Positions 49,461 to 64,000 of a stretch of 64,000 nucleotides of DNA are shown here, in pieces. A model generated the notes under the pieces. It saw only the letters and a program-made list of their open reading frames with translations, made no database searches and had not been told where the DNA came from. Both the position numbers and the translations under genes were made by a program. Within the stretch, counting starts at the first letter, position 1. Each line of letters starts with the position of its first letter. The stretch comes from Botryllus schlosseri (lineage: Eukaryota): the NCBI GenBank assembly GCA_051294905.1, contig CM119378.1, positions 4,032,001-4,096,000 of the forward strand, in the 5' to 3' direction.

Positions 49461-51236
49461 CAGTGTTGCCAATTTAGCGATTTTCGCGCTAGATCTAGCG
49501 ATTTTTCATCCGGTTTAGCGCCAAAAAATATGGATCTAGCGCCTAGCGCTAAATCTAGCGATTTTTGAAAAAGTATTTAGCGATTATTTAGCGCTTTTTT
49601 ACCGAAAATAACCAATATAGATCAGTTCCGGCCGACGACTGCATTGGCCATACCGGTCACCAGAGTGCGGACTCCGATATATATGTTTTAAGGTCGTTCC
49701 ATTGTCTTGACAAGAATTTAAATCGTATTGTCGGAATCAGCCTGACACTAGCTTTCGTTTAAGACCAGATTATTTAAATTTCATACCCCGGGCTCGTCCT
49801 CGAATTATTTTCTCAAGGTCTCTACTTATAGTGGCTGGCAAACCCGGTTCAAGTCGTGTTGTGTCTGTGCAAGTCGCATGTCGTGTTCAAGTACTCCAAC
49901 ACAGTATAGAGAAGAAGTCAAGCGCATTACCGCGGTACATCGCACCACGTATTCACGGACGCATCGAGCAAGGCACGCTTATATAGTGAGCGGTTATGCC
50001 TGCAAACCTGGTCATCAGTGGTCACGCATAGCGGTCATTGCGCAAAGCGATCTGCTATATCGAAATGCACTGCACACGTTTTATTCCGCTTAGAGATGAC
50101 TATTACGTATTATGAACTAGAAATATGATAAGTGACTTTGGCCCCAGACGAGTGACAAGTATGTACCGATATAATGGTTCAATTTGCAGTGTTGGGATCA
50201 AGTCACTACCTTCGAGTCACGAGTCATTTCGAGTCATTGCACATTTTGACTCGAGTCAAGTCAAGTCAATCGATTTTCAAAGGCGACTCGAGTCAAGTCA
50301 AGTCACTCGATTTTTGGAGGTGACTCGAGTCAAGTCGAGTCAATTCAAGTCAAGTCACGAGTCAAGTCACAATTCAAGTCAAGTTGCCTTTTCGAAGTAT
50401 GGGGCATGATATCGTCATTGCATTTTGCTAGCTGTCTGAAATACAGATTGGGTGGTCATCGATTTTGAACCGATGAACGAATATAGAGTTAAATATACAC
50501 GTAAGAAGGCGCTGTATTGCTCACATATACGTAGAACTGCTAAACCACAGTTTATAGTTAACAGCCAAAATAGAGAATAGATGCGAATTGATAGGAAGCA
50601 ATACATTACCCATTTGCAAATAGATATGATACAATTCGACTCTGCGCCAATGTCCGAGGACAATATAAACTATATTCGAATTCAATTTCAATACAACAAG
50701 AAGTTTGGTTAAGGTAAAAACAGAGATTAATTACTTTACTAGTTTACGACAACGTAAGCTGTAAGCTACGATCACTTCGTTTGCGATCAATTTATTTGTG
50801 AGGGAACAATGGAGGCTCAGTAAAACGCACGATCATTAAATGATTGGTTGCTCCCGCGGTTACACCAACGTTTCGCGAACAATCCGAACATATGCAAGAT
50901 TCAGTGATTTTTATCGACATCGATTACTTGATGACTTGAAATTGACTCGTGAATTTTGCTCCGAGTCACGAGTCAATCCATATTTTTGATACGCCGAGTC
51001 AAGTCAAGTCAAGTCATTTTAGCAAAGTGACTCGAGTCAAGTCAAGTCATTCGAAAAAGGTGACTCGAGTCTGACTCGAGTCAAGTCATGACTCGAGTCA
51101 TCCCAACACTGTCAATTTGACACCTTTAGCAGATTTAGCGCTATTTTTTAGCGCTTTTTTCTCAATATTTAGCGACATCTAGCGATTTTTCACAGCAGTT
51201 TTAGCGATTTTCTTCCATCCGGAGTTGGCAACACTG
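49461..51236. mobile_element. hAT (Tip100-like) non-autonomous element
   Basis: TIR CAGTGTTGCCAA, TAGCGA/TAGCGC subterminal repeats and a perfect TSD TTCCATTC. Confidence 0.9.
50187..51111. mobile_element. hAT-type MITE nested in 49461-51236
   Basis: TIR CAGTGTTGGGAT, GACTCGAGTC/CAAGT subterminal arrays and a perfect TSD TCAATTTG. Confidence 0.92.
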
Positions 51237-54200
51237 TTCCATTCTTCCAAGCATAATCTTCTTTGAAAACATCGACCCGCAATAGGGTCGCGTTCGCCCA
51301 AGATCCTGTTCAGCGTTCTGGCTATCTCAAAAAGTGAATGTAGCTGTATTCCTTGAAAAAGCAAGTTTTTTGATTAAAATCCATTACAGCAATCCGCGAT
51401 TTATGTAGTGACATTTGCCCGATGCTTTTCAATTCTCTGACAACTATGTTGCTTTCAATCGGGTTTGCACGCCCTCATCAATTTTATGGTCTGCTCATGA
51501 ATTTTTCACGCCGTAACGAAACGTTGCCCCGAATATTCGTTACTCTTAATCGCGATACCACCGTCGAATACCGAATACAGATGCATTTGAATATACTGGA
51601 CGCCGAAAACTTCACCGGGACAATTTGGAAACATTAATAAATTCCAGCAGTGAAGAGAGATTTCTATAGTCACGTTTCAAACATCGACATGACATGACAG
51701 TGTTCGGAATGCATTTACCATCACGGACAATATTCAGGATACATTGGCCACACACAGTTAGCTGCTGACCAGCGCTTCGTCACGGGGGCCAGTGGGCAAA
51801 TGATGCATCACGACCTTGATCTCAAAGCGTGACGTAAGTTCTTTGCAACGTTCTTTCTGGTTCTATACACAACGACGGAATAATGACTGTCGTATTTTCT
51901 GGCCCCGTGAGAGATTTCCAGTTGCATACATCATTTAACACCAAAGAAATGGCTTACAGCACTCCAGGCCACCAATCGGGTCATAAATAAATGGAATAGA
52001 ATTCCGTTTGTCGCCAAAGTCTGTTGCGTAATGGATTTATGACTCGTGTTTCTGCTGCTTACGGGCGATCTGGTGAGAGTCGGGGGATTGTGCGCTGATG
52101 TAGTATTCAAGCACAGAGCATTTGTTTATATGAGGCATATAGCGGGAAACTACAGCGACGCAAAGACACTGCGTTTGAATGCGATTAGTACTATGATGTT
52201 AATAATATGTCTATTTTTGAATAATACCTTATCCCTTATCAAAAAATTTATGATCTCGAATAATATATCAGGAATATCGAAGAATGGTGAAGGCTTGAAG
52301 AGCCACATACCTAGCTTGGCAAGATATCGCGGGCCGTACCATTACAATACTTGGATCATAGGCGCTCAAACCTCCTGCTAAGAAGGCTGTATTTGGCGAG
52401 CCTAAAATGCATGAGAGAGAGTGCACTGCACATTACCGCCTCACATTCCAAGATGTCGTTAAAGCGAAGTCTTGTATTAGTAGTAAATCGCACCAAGCCC
52501 GAAAATCTTATATATTGGATACGAAATATTGTTAGAATTGCAAGGGAGAAAGTGTAATATGCGAAAACTTAGGGAGTGAGGGTACCTCTGTGTTCTCCTG
52601 CAACTAGGACTCGGCGTACGAGGTGCATCAGTCAATATGGTGGCGCCATTTCAACACAGAGAATGTGGGTCATAGTTTAATATTAATACCCGCAATTAAC
52701 CCCCAGTCGGACGCTGGACATACCAGTACTATGAGAAGAATATATTTTGTAATTTCAAACGTTGAATTGATATCACAGCAGTAAGCTTAATGCAATCTGG
52801 GTTTTGTATATGTACTCTGCCACGGATCTATGCAGTAGGGAACTTTTTTCTTCAAATTTTAAAGGATATTCGATAAAATTGTCGACTTGGCTAAAAGCGC
52901 AGCACACCAAATTTGGCTACTGGAGTTAGTTAATTTTGAATTCAATATACAAAATGAAAAATGTAATTTTCAAAATTTACTGGCAATCACATGAAACAGA
53001 CGTGTACAAATACGATGCGTATCAAATTTGACTAAATTCCATGCACACGGTAGAAGCGAAGTTATTGATGTTCAAAAGTTTGGATTTTAAATAATAGTAA
53101 TCACGGTGGGTAGTTCTATAATAAATAATTCAGAGTTTGCCAGTGAGCCAAATTTGTTTAAAATCGTGTTTTAGACGACTTAACAATTTCCTAGCGTTGC
53201 CAGTCAAATTTGAATATTTTATTTTTATTTTTTATAGTAAATTTGAAATTTTTCTGACTCTAATAGCTTCAATTCTACATGTTAAAATTGAGCCAAATGT
53301 GGTGCGCAACGTTTTTTTGGCAAACGTACCAATTTTATCGAATAGCCAGTAAAATTTTAAGAAAAATTTTTTGTTTGAATAAACCTAGTATGCCGGCTCC
53401 GGATCGTAACCAACGCAAAATGTCATCTTTCAGACAATATGCAGCATGTTCATTTGTTGATGTTCACGAAAGCGACCTTTGGGTATCGCACTCTACTAGC
53501 TGATTCTAATAACTTGTAAAATACTGTAGCAGTCACATAAGGGCCTATACACGAGTTCCACATGTACCGATACTATCCAATAAAAAGATGATATTTAGTC
53601 TTACCGGGTGGCCCCGTCTATAATTGCATATCTGTGACGTGCTGATCAAATAAAATTGGGATCACTTGATCTCTTAATTCCATTTTCAATTTCAATATTG
53701 ATCTCACACGCCGAAGCAAAAGTATAACTGTTGTCTAAACGTTTGAAGCAGAAGAAGTTTTGATGATCAATTCGCCATTTAGCACGCCCTGGAAGACTGG
53801 AGATGTATCAGAAACCGCGGACAGATCTTCCACAATTCCATGCTATAGTGAACTCGTGGTTTTCATCAATGAAATATTTATTGTGTAGGAACTCTTCTCG
53901 TAATACGTTTCTGAGATATCCCAACGAGATAAACTTGTCAAACGAAGTTTCTGCTTGAACTTCACGCCAAATAAAACAGGACCGTGAGTGGACTGTATAA
54001 TTGTACGGCTCTGCGCTGTATAATTCATGTGAGAAATTCAAGAACTAATAAAATTGATATAAGATCAATTAGATAGATAAGGAGAAAGCTCCCGGCGCAG
54101 ACATTGGACGGGAGAGGCTATAAAAAAATTGACGGATCAGGATTTGATGAGGGTAATTTAGAAAATGGGTTGAATTTCAAGTAATGGCCACCGTACGTAA

Positions 54201-54894
54201 TATAGCGCTTTTATTGCAGTTCGTTACAGTTAATCAACTTTACATGAGAATGGTGTTGAAAAGAAATATGATAGTACCGTGGCATAAATCGGTACCGCTG
54301 GCACGTTATCAAAAGAATAATAACCACTCAGTTCCTGGAGCTGTAGGGGCTGGAAACGACGCCGGCAGCTTCGATTTCAATTTAATGGTAAGCTCACGTG
54401 TCGGTTATAGTTAGCTTATTCGCATTTGTGCTGAGGTCTAGGGAGCAATCTTTACGGCCCAGGGTACAATCGGTCGATCACACACTATAGGGTACCTTAC
54501 GTAATATCCTCTCAACGAAAAATTTTGTATTCGCACTCGTGTACCACCCGTGATACAGGCTGTGAATATACAGACTTACACCACGATATAAATCAAACAC
54601 GACATTTTAATCCAAATGATGCTTGCACATAGTGATGTAGAAAGGAGTGCACTTATAATGGTCACGTATAGGATGTATAACCGCGATATAACCCTGAGAT
54701 AGGTTTCGTTTTCGCGTACCCTTTGGGTGGTGCTGTTGCTGTTTGTGGTAGCCTACTCATGGTGTTTATCGACTACCACGGTCAAATTGACCGTTTACAC
54801 CAGGCCAGTTTTCTTCATTTTTATTCCGTAGCTGCCGACTTGTAGCACGGCCCACTTCTAGGCTTTTATAAGACAACGCGTACACGGATGAGAT

Positions 54895-54957
54895 AGCGTT
54901 CGGACACGAACCCGCAACCCATTGGTGTTGCAGCTGTGGATTATACCACTACGCCAG
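54895..54957 (-). mobile_element. tRNA-like head of a probable SINE
   Basis: Minus strand TGGCGTAGTGG (A box) and GGTTCGTGTCC (B-box-like). No convincing cloverleaf, so not called a tRNA gene. Confidence 0.4.
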
Positions 54958-57900
54958 TGGTTTTCAACCTTTTTGTCTTCGCGGATCCCTTTTAAACCGT
55001 CACGGACCCCGCGGACCCCCCAAAGTTTCAGTTCAAATCTAGCTCAATCATCGTGCAACCGTTAATCTGCCTGGTGCAAATATTAATTGTATGCTAGAGA
55101 TAAAGAGACAGCAACAAATTATATTTTCTTGAAAATAGCATCATACTATTTATGTAGAAATTTGGTAGACTTTTATTATTCCAAAGCGAATTCCGTAGCT
55201 GCATTTGTTGAAATACGGGATCGCGTCTCCAATATGTTTACCTGATTTCCCTAATCGTAATCATTACACAGACCTGGACAACTAGATAATTCTAGTTGTC
55301 TAATTTCACTAAATTAGAGCGAAATATCAGTAATCTAATTCTAATCTAATTTGCGAAGCGACTCTACGCATCCCTAATTTGATGTTCTGAGATAATGACA
55401 TCCTGAAGATGTATCTGAAGATTTCTGAAGATTCTGCAATTTTGCATGATCCCTTTCATCAATTTTTTTTCCCGGCTGCTTCCGCGATTACGGCAAATGT
55501 CGAGATATGACAACAAATTAATTGTACAGAATGACTGTGTTTGAAATATTATCATATTTCGTTTATGTAACTGTTTATTGGTTCGTGGTAATCATCACCA
55601 TGTTACTTATCCACGCAGTTTTGGTTCCCGAATGCGGGTTATTGATCATCATGTAATGGTGGTTCTATAGTGATATGCTTAACTAGGGTTGCATTTAAAA
55701 CAAAAATAAATTTAATGCAAGTCTGTTTAGAACAAGGCCCTTGTTTATGTTTTTTTTTAAACCATGACGTCTCGAATATTCAATTGTGACGTCATGGTGG
55801 ATTGACATTGACAATTGAAAATATATAGTCCCGCAAACGCTTGTAGCACACACAAATACAGTTATATTCAATTATGTACTTCATGCGTATTTTTAGTTAG
55901 TCCTATTTTTCTATTTTTATCTATCAGGAGACGGGCACTCCACAATTAAAAAACTACAGAGACTATATATCAGGCGGAGGGCGAAGAAAAATTTCAAGTT
56001 GAATACTACATATGCTCAAAAATACTAAACCTTATATCAATTTATGAAAAAATTGGAAAAATGTGGGGGAGGAACATCGTTTCTTTCGCCCCCTCCTGGC
56101 TACGCCAGTGATTGTGAAAATCCAAAACACGCGAGTTCATGAATCTGAAAGTAGAGCGACTGATACGAGGGCGCTGCTTCTGTAGTGGCCACAATAAGAC
56201 GGACAGGACTATACGAGCCACTCAGCTAACGAGTGTACAATCGCGGCGCATTGGTTACATGCTGCATGTTTGGTAATTAAAAACAATTCGTAAATTTCTA
56301 AATTATGTGTTTTTTAATGGAAATACGGGAAAGGGTAGAAATCGCATATAGTGCTATACAGTAAGATAAGTCATTTCAAACCTGCGGCGAATATCAAAAT
56401 ATATGTCTTACAAAGTGGAAGATGTTAGTATCGGTTCATAAGTTCATAGCCATATTTTGAACTTTACCAAACTATGGATTTCGTGAACTTCACCATGCTT
56501 AACGCAGTCGCGCCGTGTAACATCCTTTCAAATCTTTGAAGTCACGCTTCGTGTAGATTGCCAATTTGTAGCATCGATCTATGACACTGGAAATCATCAT
56601 ATGTTCTCGGAAGATTATGATATTAACCCTATTAGCGTGTGACATTGTGTGACCAGACACACACACAGTAGTTTCCAGATTATAGCGTGTAGACAGCAGG
56701 AGGCAAGTTGAGATTTTTCAGTCGCCTAATTGCTCTTTTTCAATCTAGTCATAACTATAATTATGCATGGGGCTGCATTTAATACAAATGGTCGTTTAAA
56801 ACACTTTGTTCAAAACATGTTTTAAACAGTGTTTTAAACAAAGGTCCTTCAAAAAAATTGTGTTTTTTTTAGTTGTAAAATCGTGCCGTAATTGTGTAAA
56901 TACTTTCCAAAAACGTGTCGTATGAGCCTATGGACGATTACCAATCGATATCACCGACGTATATGATATGGGATGGCTGGAAATCTCAAAATAGTCCGTT
57001 CAACAGCTATAGTTCGTAGATATTTCGTCAAAGGAGCTTTATTTATCCTATTAGGCATCAGTTTTTCAGCGCCAAAAGGCACACCAAGGCATATTTTACC
57101 CAACACTAAGCGCGATCCCAGAAAGATCGCTGGCGTTAGAACCTTGTCCAAAGATCGCGCGGGATGGCCGTGTGGTATCAACATAATAGCTCGAGATGAA
57201 TAATTGCGTGCGTTCTAAATCTTTGAACCCCCCACCAGCACCCCCAATACGGAGGCGAGCTCGAATGGGGCCTAAAATTATTTCGTAAATAAACATAAAT
57301 TCATTGAGCATTATTTGTTAGAATCATTAAACATTAACAGTGCAGTCTTGGTATACCTTCACCTTCGACTCCAGAATCCCTACTTCAGTGTTGGAGGTTA
57401 TGATGGCTTCTGATCAGCCTAAGCGGTATCTTACAAAGCCTAGAACGAAAGTGGGCTGAGTTAAAAGTTGGCAGATCAAAGATACAAGGTACAGTGCTGT
57501 AGCTTGGTATAAATAAGGATTGATGTCGAAACACCATAATTACCAAAACTAAAACAATCGTACCAGTAATGAGCAGCCCCACCCCCAATATGGACTTTAG
57601 TCTGTATATTGAGTAGCCTTAGATTGGGCCTGTGGCGGTTGGTATCAGTTGGTGATCCATACTGGACCACGGATACGTTTATGATCCGCCAATGGAATAG
57701 TTTGGGCCGCCCTGATCGATGTGAACAAGAGTGAATGCACTGCTAGTGATGTTGCGTTGTTCGAGAAAGTGCCATGGATTCGTATGGTAAACTGGTTTGT
57801 GACGATATCCAGGAATTAGCGCTTGTAATACATTTGCTTGCCTACGCTTCACTTCATTCTCACGGTCCTTTTGGAACAAAAATACACTATTTCTACGCCC

Positions 57901-60588
57901 CGCTACACCGCAACATTAATTATTCTCCCGCGTATCAAACAAAACACTTAATTCGCCCGCTTGTCAGCTTTACATCGAACATAGCGTTGGGGAAAGGAAC
58001 TGCTAATGCTTTCATTATGGAAAATTACGACCGATAAATTGGATATGAAAGCTTAATACCAAGGCCGAATCGGACGGCCTATTACGCTCATTTAATCTGA
58101 ATTGGTGGATTAAAATGCTAGATTGGTTAGCACCTGAACGCTGTTCATTAGTCCATGACTCATGCAACAAGAGATGCACTGCCAGGAACAGGCTATCTTG
58201 TCGGATAAGAAATTTACGCGGGAGGCAAAGTGGGCGCGAAAGGTATCCTTGCAAGTATAATGATTTTGTTTTAACGGAGTATGACTGCAGCTATCTTTTG
58301 ACAGTACGGCTTGAGAAATGATATGGGTGGGGGTGATGGGCCTCAATTGAGTCCATTTTGTATATAGACGGGTGAAAGTTATATATATGACTCCTGTACG
58401 AACCGTCATGGTAGTCGTGATGAATAAAATACTATATCGATATATGGATGCCCGGAAAACGACTGTTGGCGATATACTCGGGTTACCATATTTTTTGAAT
58501 CTGAAAGAGGACACTTTTTAAAAATTTCCAGACTTACAATACCGGAGTAAAAACCGGAAAATTGGCAAATTTATTGCGAGTTTGTAGTTGGTTGACCAAA
58601 AGAAAAAGGTCGACTTTCTGGCTCAACTCCCGACAAGTCATCTTAAAAGAGGACGTATGGTAACCCTATTACGATATACATGGGTTGGTTTAAGAACTGC
58701 ATTGTTTGCGACGGCATCAAAGGATAGAAAATGTCGAAACACATATCTCGCCCTGCGCTCGCAAAAATATATCGGATTTTAAAAGAATCCCATGCACAGT
58801 GAATGGGTAAATATTGCGAAATCTTGTTAATTGGCATACCGCATCAAAAACGAACGCGACGATCTTATCATTAGTATGCGCCTTTGCGACAGAATGATAT
58901 CGCGAATCGGTGATTGTCTCTGGTATATTTGGCCAATCGACACGACAATGCTAAAATTGAAGTCATCAAATGGGAAACAAATCTGCTCAGGTGCGCATTC
59001 AACATGGACGGCACTGTGTAGTTCAATTTTTATGTAGCTGATTGTGTCATCGATATAACACACTTACAGTCGAATATCAACCCGCCCCTTCCAGTTGTAT
59101 GTTTCCAAGGAATACGTGCTGCCTCTCCACATCGTCAATGCGTCACTCATATTTACTCAATTGAACTTGCGGTATCTTTTGTCCGCCGAAGTCCTCCTTT
59201 GTGCGGATTGCAGACAAACACACCGCCGATAATTTCCTTCTCGAACACACGGAATGAATTGTTTTCCTAGTAGAGAATCGATTTTAATAGCAGTGTATGC
59301 GATGTTACTATTATTCTTAATTCCGCATTTTTTTAACAATCTGCTCATATAGTGGATTATCCTTCAACGCGGCGATCAGCCTGAACGTTGAGCATTGAGG
59401 ATTCACAATTTGATTAAATGCTGTACAATTGTGCACGCTGTGCAGTTATGACGAATGGTACGATTTACGATTCGAATCAAATTACAGTCCGTAAACCTTG
59501 ATATGATCGGTCAACGAGAAAGCTTGTTTATGTCGATACATTATTTACACAGAGCCTTATTCTGACATTTTCAATAACAATAATAACCGGGCAGGTTGCT
59601 CCCCGGATTATGCGTGGATTTACCAGTTTTACTGTGAATAAGGCATATGATTATAATAATGATATTTCCTGAAATATACCAACAATATATTTGGCGTAGC
59701 AATGGTAGTTATGATATATTGCTGCCGTCGCCTATCGTGCAAACCGGCGTATTATGCTACGAGTGTGATACTGTATTTGCAACCATAACGGTTACTGCGA
59801 CGGCACGTTCAGTAAAACCTGACTCGCGATATATGAATTAAAAGTGGATTGCGGACAAGCGATGCAAGCAAGTATGGTTTAACCCTACATTATTCGATGC
59901 GAAATTGCGCACACGTTGGAATCATAACGCACAATACGCCAAATAGGTGTTATGCGCATGAGAAATCACTGGAGTACTTACGATATGAATCAGATTATAG
60001 TGCCTTTTCAGAAAGTCGTGAGTATGTACCAGTATGTTCGTGCCGTCTTGAGTGCTACAGCGGAACTCGAATCTTAATCAATGTTTGGCAGTTATATCCT
60101 GTTCTGTGTAACCGATTTTAGCTAATCTTTGATGCTGAGTAGCAAGACAGTCACGATGCGCATATCGGCAACCCCGGAGTTGTTGTTTCTGATTATGCTT
60201 TCAGCGTTGTTGAAGATGTCACCTTATTATAGGATATTTGTGTAGCGTAAATTGTGTGGAATCTATAACGACCGACTTCTATTGATTATTTCTATTCTCC
60301 AAGTCTCATATTCATAACCTTATTTGATCATTCGAATCGGTCACAGTGAGATAGCAGCCGTCGAGTTAGAGAGAGAGAGAGAGAACCTTAAGTCATACTT
60401 ATATGCCCGAAATCGCCCAGTCCGCATTGACGTGCTGCTTCCAGCATTGTAGAGCGTGGTATTCCGTTAGCATTTCTGTCTCTTGCTAATTTTCTAGTCA
60501 AAACCATAGCCACTTCGATGGTGCAGCGCGGTTGCAGAGTTCCAATCAGGTCACCGTTGTAAACTTCTTCGTAGGCTTTGCGCTAGAT

Positions 60589-63500
60589 ATGGACGGGCGT
60601 CCCGATGGGAAGGAGGATGCCGTGAAGGAGAAATTTCTTGACGATGTAGGTTCGGCAGAACGCGAAACGACTCGATTGTACAAGGCTGCTCGTTGTTATC
60701 AGAGTTCGTCCAAAAAGGTTTAAATTTGTTTTATTAGCGGCGGAAATGTAACGCGTCTCGATGTGGGTGTCAGACTAAATTACTTGTAAAATGATGATAA
60801 TGGTTTGAAACAGCAACAACAAATCAGTTTATTATCACTTAATGCCAAGTGACAAGGGAAAAGATATGGCAAGAGATTTTTGAGGCTCTTGATTAATTCC
60901 TTGTACATTTATGACTTTCAAACGTTTGATAAATGTCTGTACGGTCTGTACTCTGATGGCAATATACCGATGGCACCATGGGATGCATCTCCCAGTGATA
61001 AGTGTACTTGTCAAGGTAACATTATGGGAAAGAGTGTTTAATATCACGAATCTCAGGGATACCCTGTCTAACCGCAGACTATCTCTGTCATATATCGCAA
61101 GTGAGGGTCATTTCGGTTGGAGGGTGACTCAAGTACAAACAAAGTCGTAGTTACTTCTGCGTATGCATCAGTCTGGCGAATATATCTTCACCGCGGCCTT
61201 ATTCGTATCTAGTCTACACAACAACAAGGTGTAGAACTGTATGATGTCTCGCTACCACAGCCGCTGTATACTATGATGTTGATGAACCCTTAGTTCATTA
61301 ATATTAGCTTGTTGATCCTGGAGGTCTTGAAAAAATTAGTCGAGATTCAGGTAAAGGTGTTTGTGACTTGTTCTCATCGAGTTCTCGTGAACGCTAGCTT
61401 CATTACTTCATTAACTAACTTGATCTCAACGATGCCTTCATTGAGTTGTTCGTTCTCGAGTCCATTCATTTCACCAATGTTTGTTACGTATATGATTGTA
61501 CTAATGCACTTATTGCTATGATTATTACGTTCTCATTTGATTGTATTTTGCAGGAGCTCTCCATCGAGCCTCAGAAGAAAAATTGGGCGGGGATAATAAT
61601 ATCTATCCTTGTCATATCCACCGTATTCGGAGTAGTAGGACTGTGTGCTTATCTCCTACAGCCAGGTACAAGGATTATGAATATTAGTGGGTATATAGGC
61701 TGCGTCAATCAGTAGGCCTATACCCAGATATGTCGCTGACAGTTTTCACAACTGGACGCAAAGTGAATGAGATCCAAGATTGGCGAAGACCCGCTAAGTT
61801 GTTTCAATTATCATTTATTTCCGTCGCGACACTCGGTGTGCACTGCGTACATCCTATCCAATCGTCTATCATCGATCGCATATCGTGCTGTCGATAATAG
61901 TACACACCTGGTTGTTATATTTGAACAGCTGCAATGTGTCACCCCGCAAAATGGCATAACACAATCTATTATACCCCACAAATGCTAGTTTGGACATGTT
62001 GATAAGTATTTTCAGCATGTTACGGAAACGGAGTGTCCGTCTGCTTTGGTTAGAATCATGCAAACCGTCCTCTCTGATGTGTGAGCAATCTAGTATATAC
62101 TAAGATATATAAAACCAGAATAATGCTAAAATTCTGCCACCCGATAGAGACTAGCTGGGCCCAGAATTACATGCGTATTATCGAGTGATAAGGAAACCTT
62201 GCTTTATTCATGATATTGGCCGGCTGTATACTGTACAGTGTACAGTATATTACATATTACAATAAAAAGCATGCTGTCGTTTTCCAGATGAGGCAGAAAC
62301 GTCATATCGGTACCAATACGACTTCGACGCCATTTTCGATCCTGATTGGATGCCGCGACATGCCAAAGCGAAATGGGTTGGAGGTGAGATATGGATTGCC
62401 GACCATTTCATCTTGAATGTAACAGTTGCGCTTACGAAAATGGGGCCTAATCTGTGATGGACGCACCACTGTGTGCGCCGTACATTGTATACTGACGTAT
62501 AGGTACCTAACATATCTAGATATCATACTTGTACAGTACGACATCACACGTGTGTACGTATAGTCTTGTTAAGCGTTTTACGAGACTCGATGTTTAAGCA
62601 CGTCTTTCTTTGTCACTGGATTAATGAGCATCACGCAACGCTGTATGGATGTTGTTCCGACTTGACATATCGATTTTAAAGGCCCCTGTTTAATCGTGTG
62701 TCGATTTTATCATTTTAAAACGACAGAGATTAAACACTAACAATAGTACGTTTGGGCGTACAACCTAACAATTTTTCCAACCGAGTTGCTTTGGTTCTTT
62801 GCTACTGCTACGCTTTTTATATAAGCATATATGTCAGGGGTGTCAAACGTACGGCCCGCCAGACGATTTCATCCGGCCCGCGAAGCAATTCTGAATAGAT
62901 TGAAAAATTGTTATATATATGAGATTTTTCGCAAGAAATAATTTTGTTAAATATTCCCTCAAGACAGCAAGTGTCGAGCATGCTCATAGGTCACATTATA
63001 ACCACCCGATTACGGCGCTGTGGTTTTACTCTCTCTAATTCGAGAAGGCAAAAGCGAACACTGAGTTCATAGTATTGTTGAAATATGGACCAACAAGTAG
63101 TTATTCACAGAAGCGAGAACGCCAATGCGGAACCGTTATATGCAGTTTGCATGGAAAATATATATGATGGCACTGCTATGTCACTTCCCACCCAATCGGT
63201 CCCCGGACTTAAGAGAAACCCGACTTGCGATTTAATGATAATAATCCAAATTTCAACGTCCTCGTTTACAGATAATTATCAACTTATATCGTCGTTAGCG
63301 CCACTGCGTTATCGGTTCTTAACTGTATTCGACCGGTCAATCCTCGTGTTTTTGCCAATTCCATTAGTCGCGAATAAAGGTGTTGCGACTTATTAGAATA
63401 AAACCCCTATGAGCCGTATATTATTATCTGTATATCTTTGATATTAAAGTATTCAAGTGAAAAGCAAGAGTCCGGGGAAACATTTTGGAATAAGTTGACT

Positions 63501-63982
63501 GGTCCGGCCCGCGGGCGATTTGAAGACTTGAATCCGGTCTGTGACGTAATTTGAGTTTGACACAATTGGCATATACATGGTATATCTCCTTTTCCCCTAG
63601 GCCCTGGTGCATGGATCTTACTGCTTTGCGAGTGTTGTGTCTGGATGTTACTGGGTCACCTGCTCAGTGCTCACATCGTGATTTCCCTGCTGCATATTGA
63701 TTGCCATATCTTTCAATTGTCGATAGCGGATATGCCATCAAGTGATATCTTCGGTCTGTGTTGTTGCTGGTGTTTATTAAACAAAAATTGTGTGCTTATC
63801 TTCAGTTGGCCTTTTGCACCACGGTTAGTGATGGCATAAAAAGAAATGCACCACTACAAAATAGTATTGCATCTGTATTATTTTGATTCGTTTCAGAATA
63901 TCTTTACTACTACGATAACAACCGGAATTTTGTTCAACGGAGGGGTAACGAAGCAAAGATTCTTCTGACCAACGAAACCATG
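60589..63982 (+). CDS. Dipeptidyl peptidase IV family, DPP6/DPP10-like type II membrane protein, 5' exons only; continues beyond window end
   Basis: Exons 60589-60645 (MDGRPDGKEDAVKEKFLDD), 61554-61665 (ELSIEPQKKNWAGIIISILVISTVFGVVGLCAYLLQP, resembling the DPP6/10 segment ELG..PPQRNWKGIAIALLVI), 62288-62383 (..DFDAIFDPDWMPRHAKAKWV) and 63897-63982 (YLYYYDNNRNF..KILLTNETM). Phases 0/1/1/0 are consistent. The first exon is less certain than the others. Confidence 0.85.
62835..63568. mobile_element. Old hAT (Charlie-type) MITE in an intron of the DPP gene
   Basis: CAGGGGTGTCAAAC and GTTTGACACAATTG ends with GGCCCGC subterminal motifs; TSD degenerate. Confidence 0.65.
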
Positions 63983-64000
63983 GTAAAGTGCATTCTATTT

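Noticed and set aside
51780..51840. Another DPP first exon ending at GTAAGT (~51834)
   Set aside because: The phase-0 frame has a stop shortly upstream with no ATG after it.
51300..60500. Many 60-134 aa ORFs in the ORF track
   Set aside because: No domain similarity or coherent exon chain, apart from the candidate exon at 54184; expected by chance in non-coding DNA.

Overview
Eukaryotic animal DNA: AT-rich, with GT-AG introns and a high density of transposons. A tunicate/ascidian origin is plausible from the gene architectures but is only an inference. Three intron-containing host genes can be spliced by hand with consistent phases. (1) A minus-strand secreted protein with a signal peptide, a Ly6/uPAR-like three-finger domain and at least 9 sushi/CCP domains (10990 to <421, running off the window). 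(2) A complete minus-strand 332-aa CAP/SCP-domain type I membrane protein (23288-14931). (3) The 5' exons of a plus-strand DPP6/DPP10-like gene (60589 to >63982), with two further candidate first exons upstream. The main feature is a 17.3-kb element at 25575-42877 built from two near-identical 6,285-bp inverted arms. It has AGTAGT...ACTACT termini and a perfect 6-bp TSD (GACGGT), which are Polinton/Maverick hallmarks, but no recognisable Polinton genes. An intact APE-RT LINE lies in its central spacer. Two uninterrupted paralogues of its target site occur in the same window. The remainder is nested hAT-type and MULE-type non-autonomous elements and LINE/SINE fragments.
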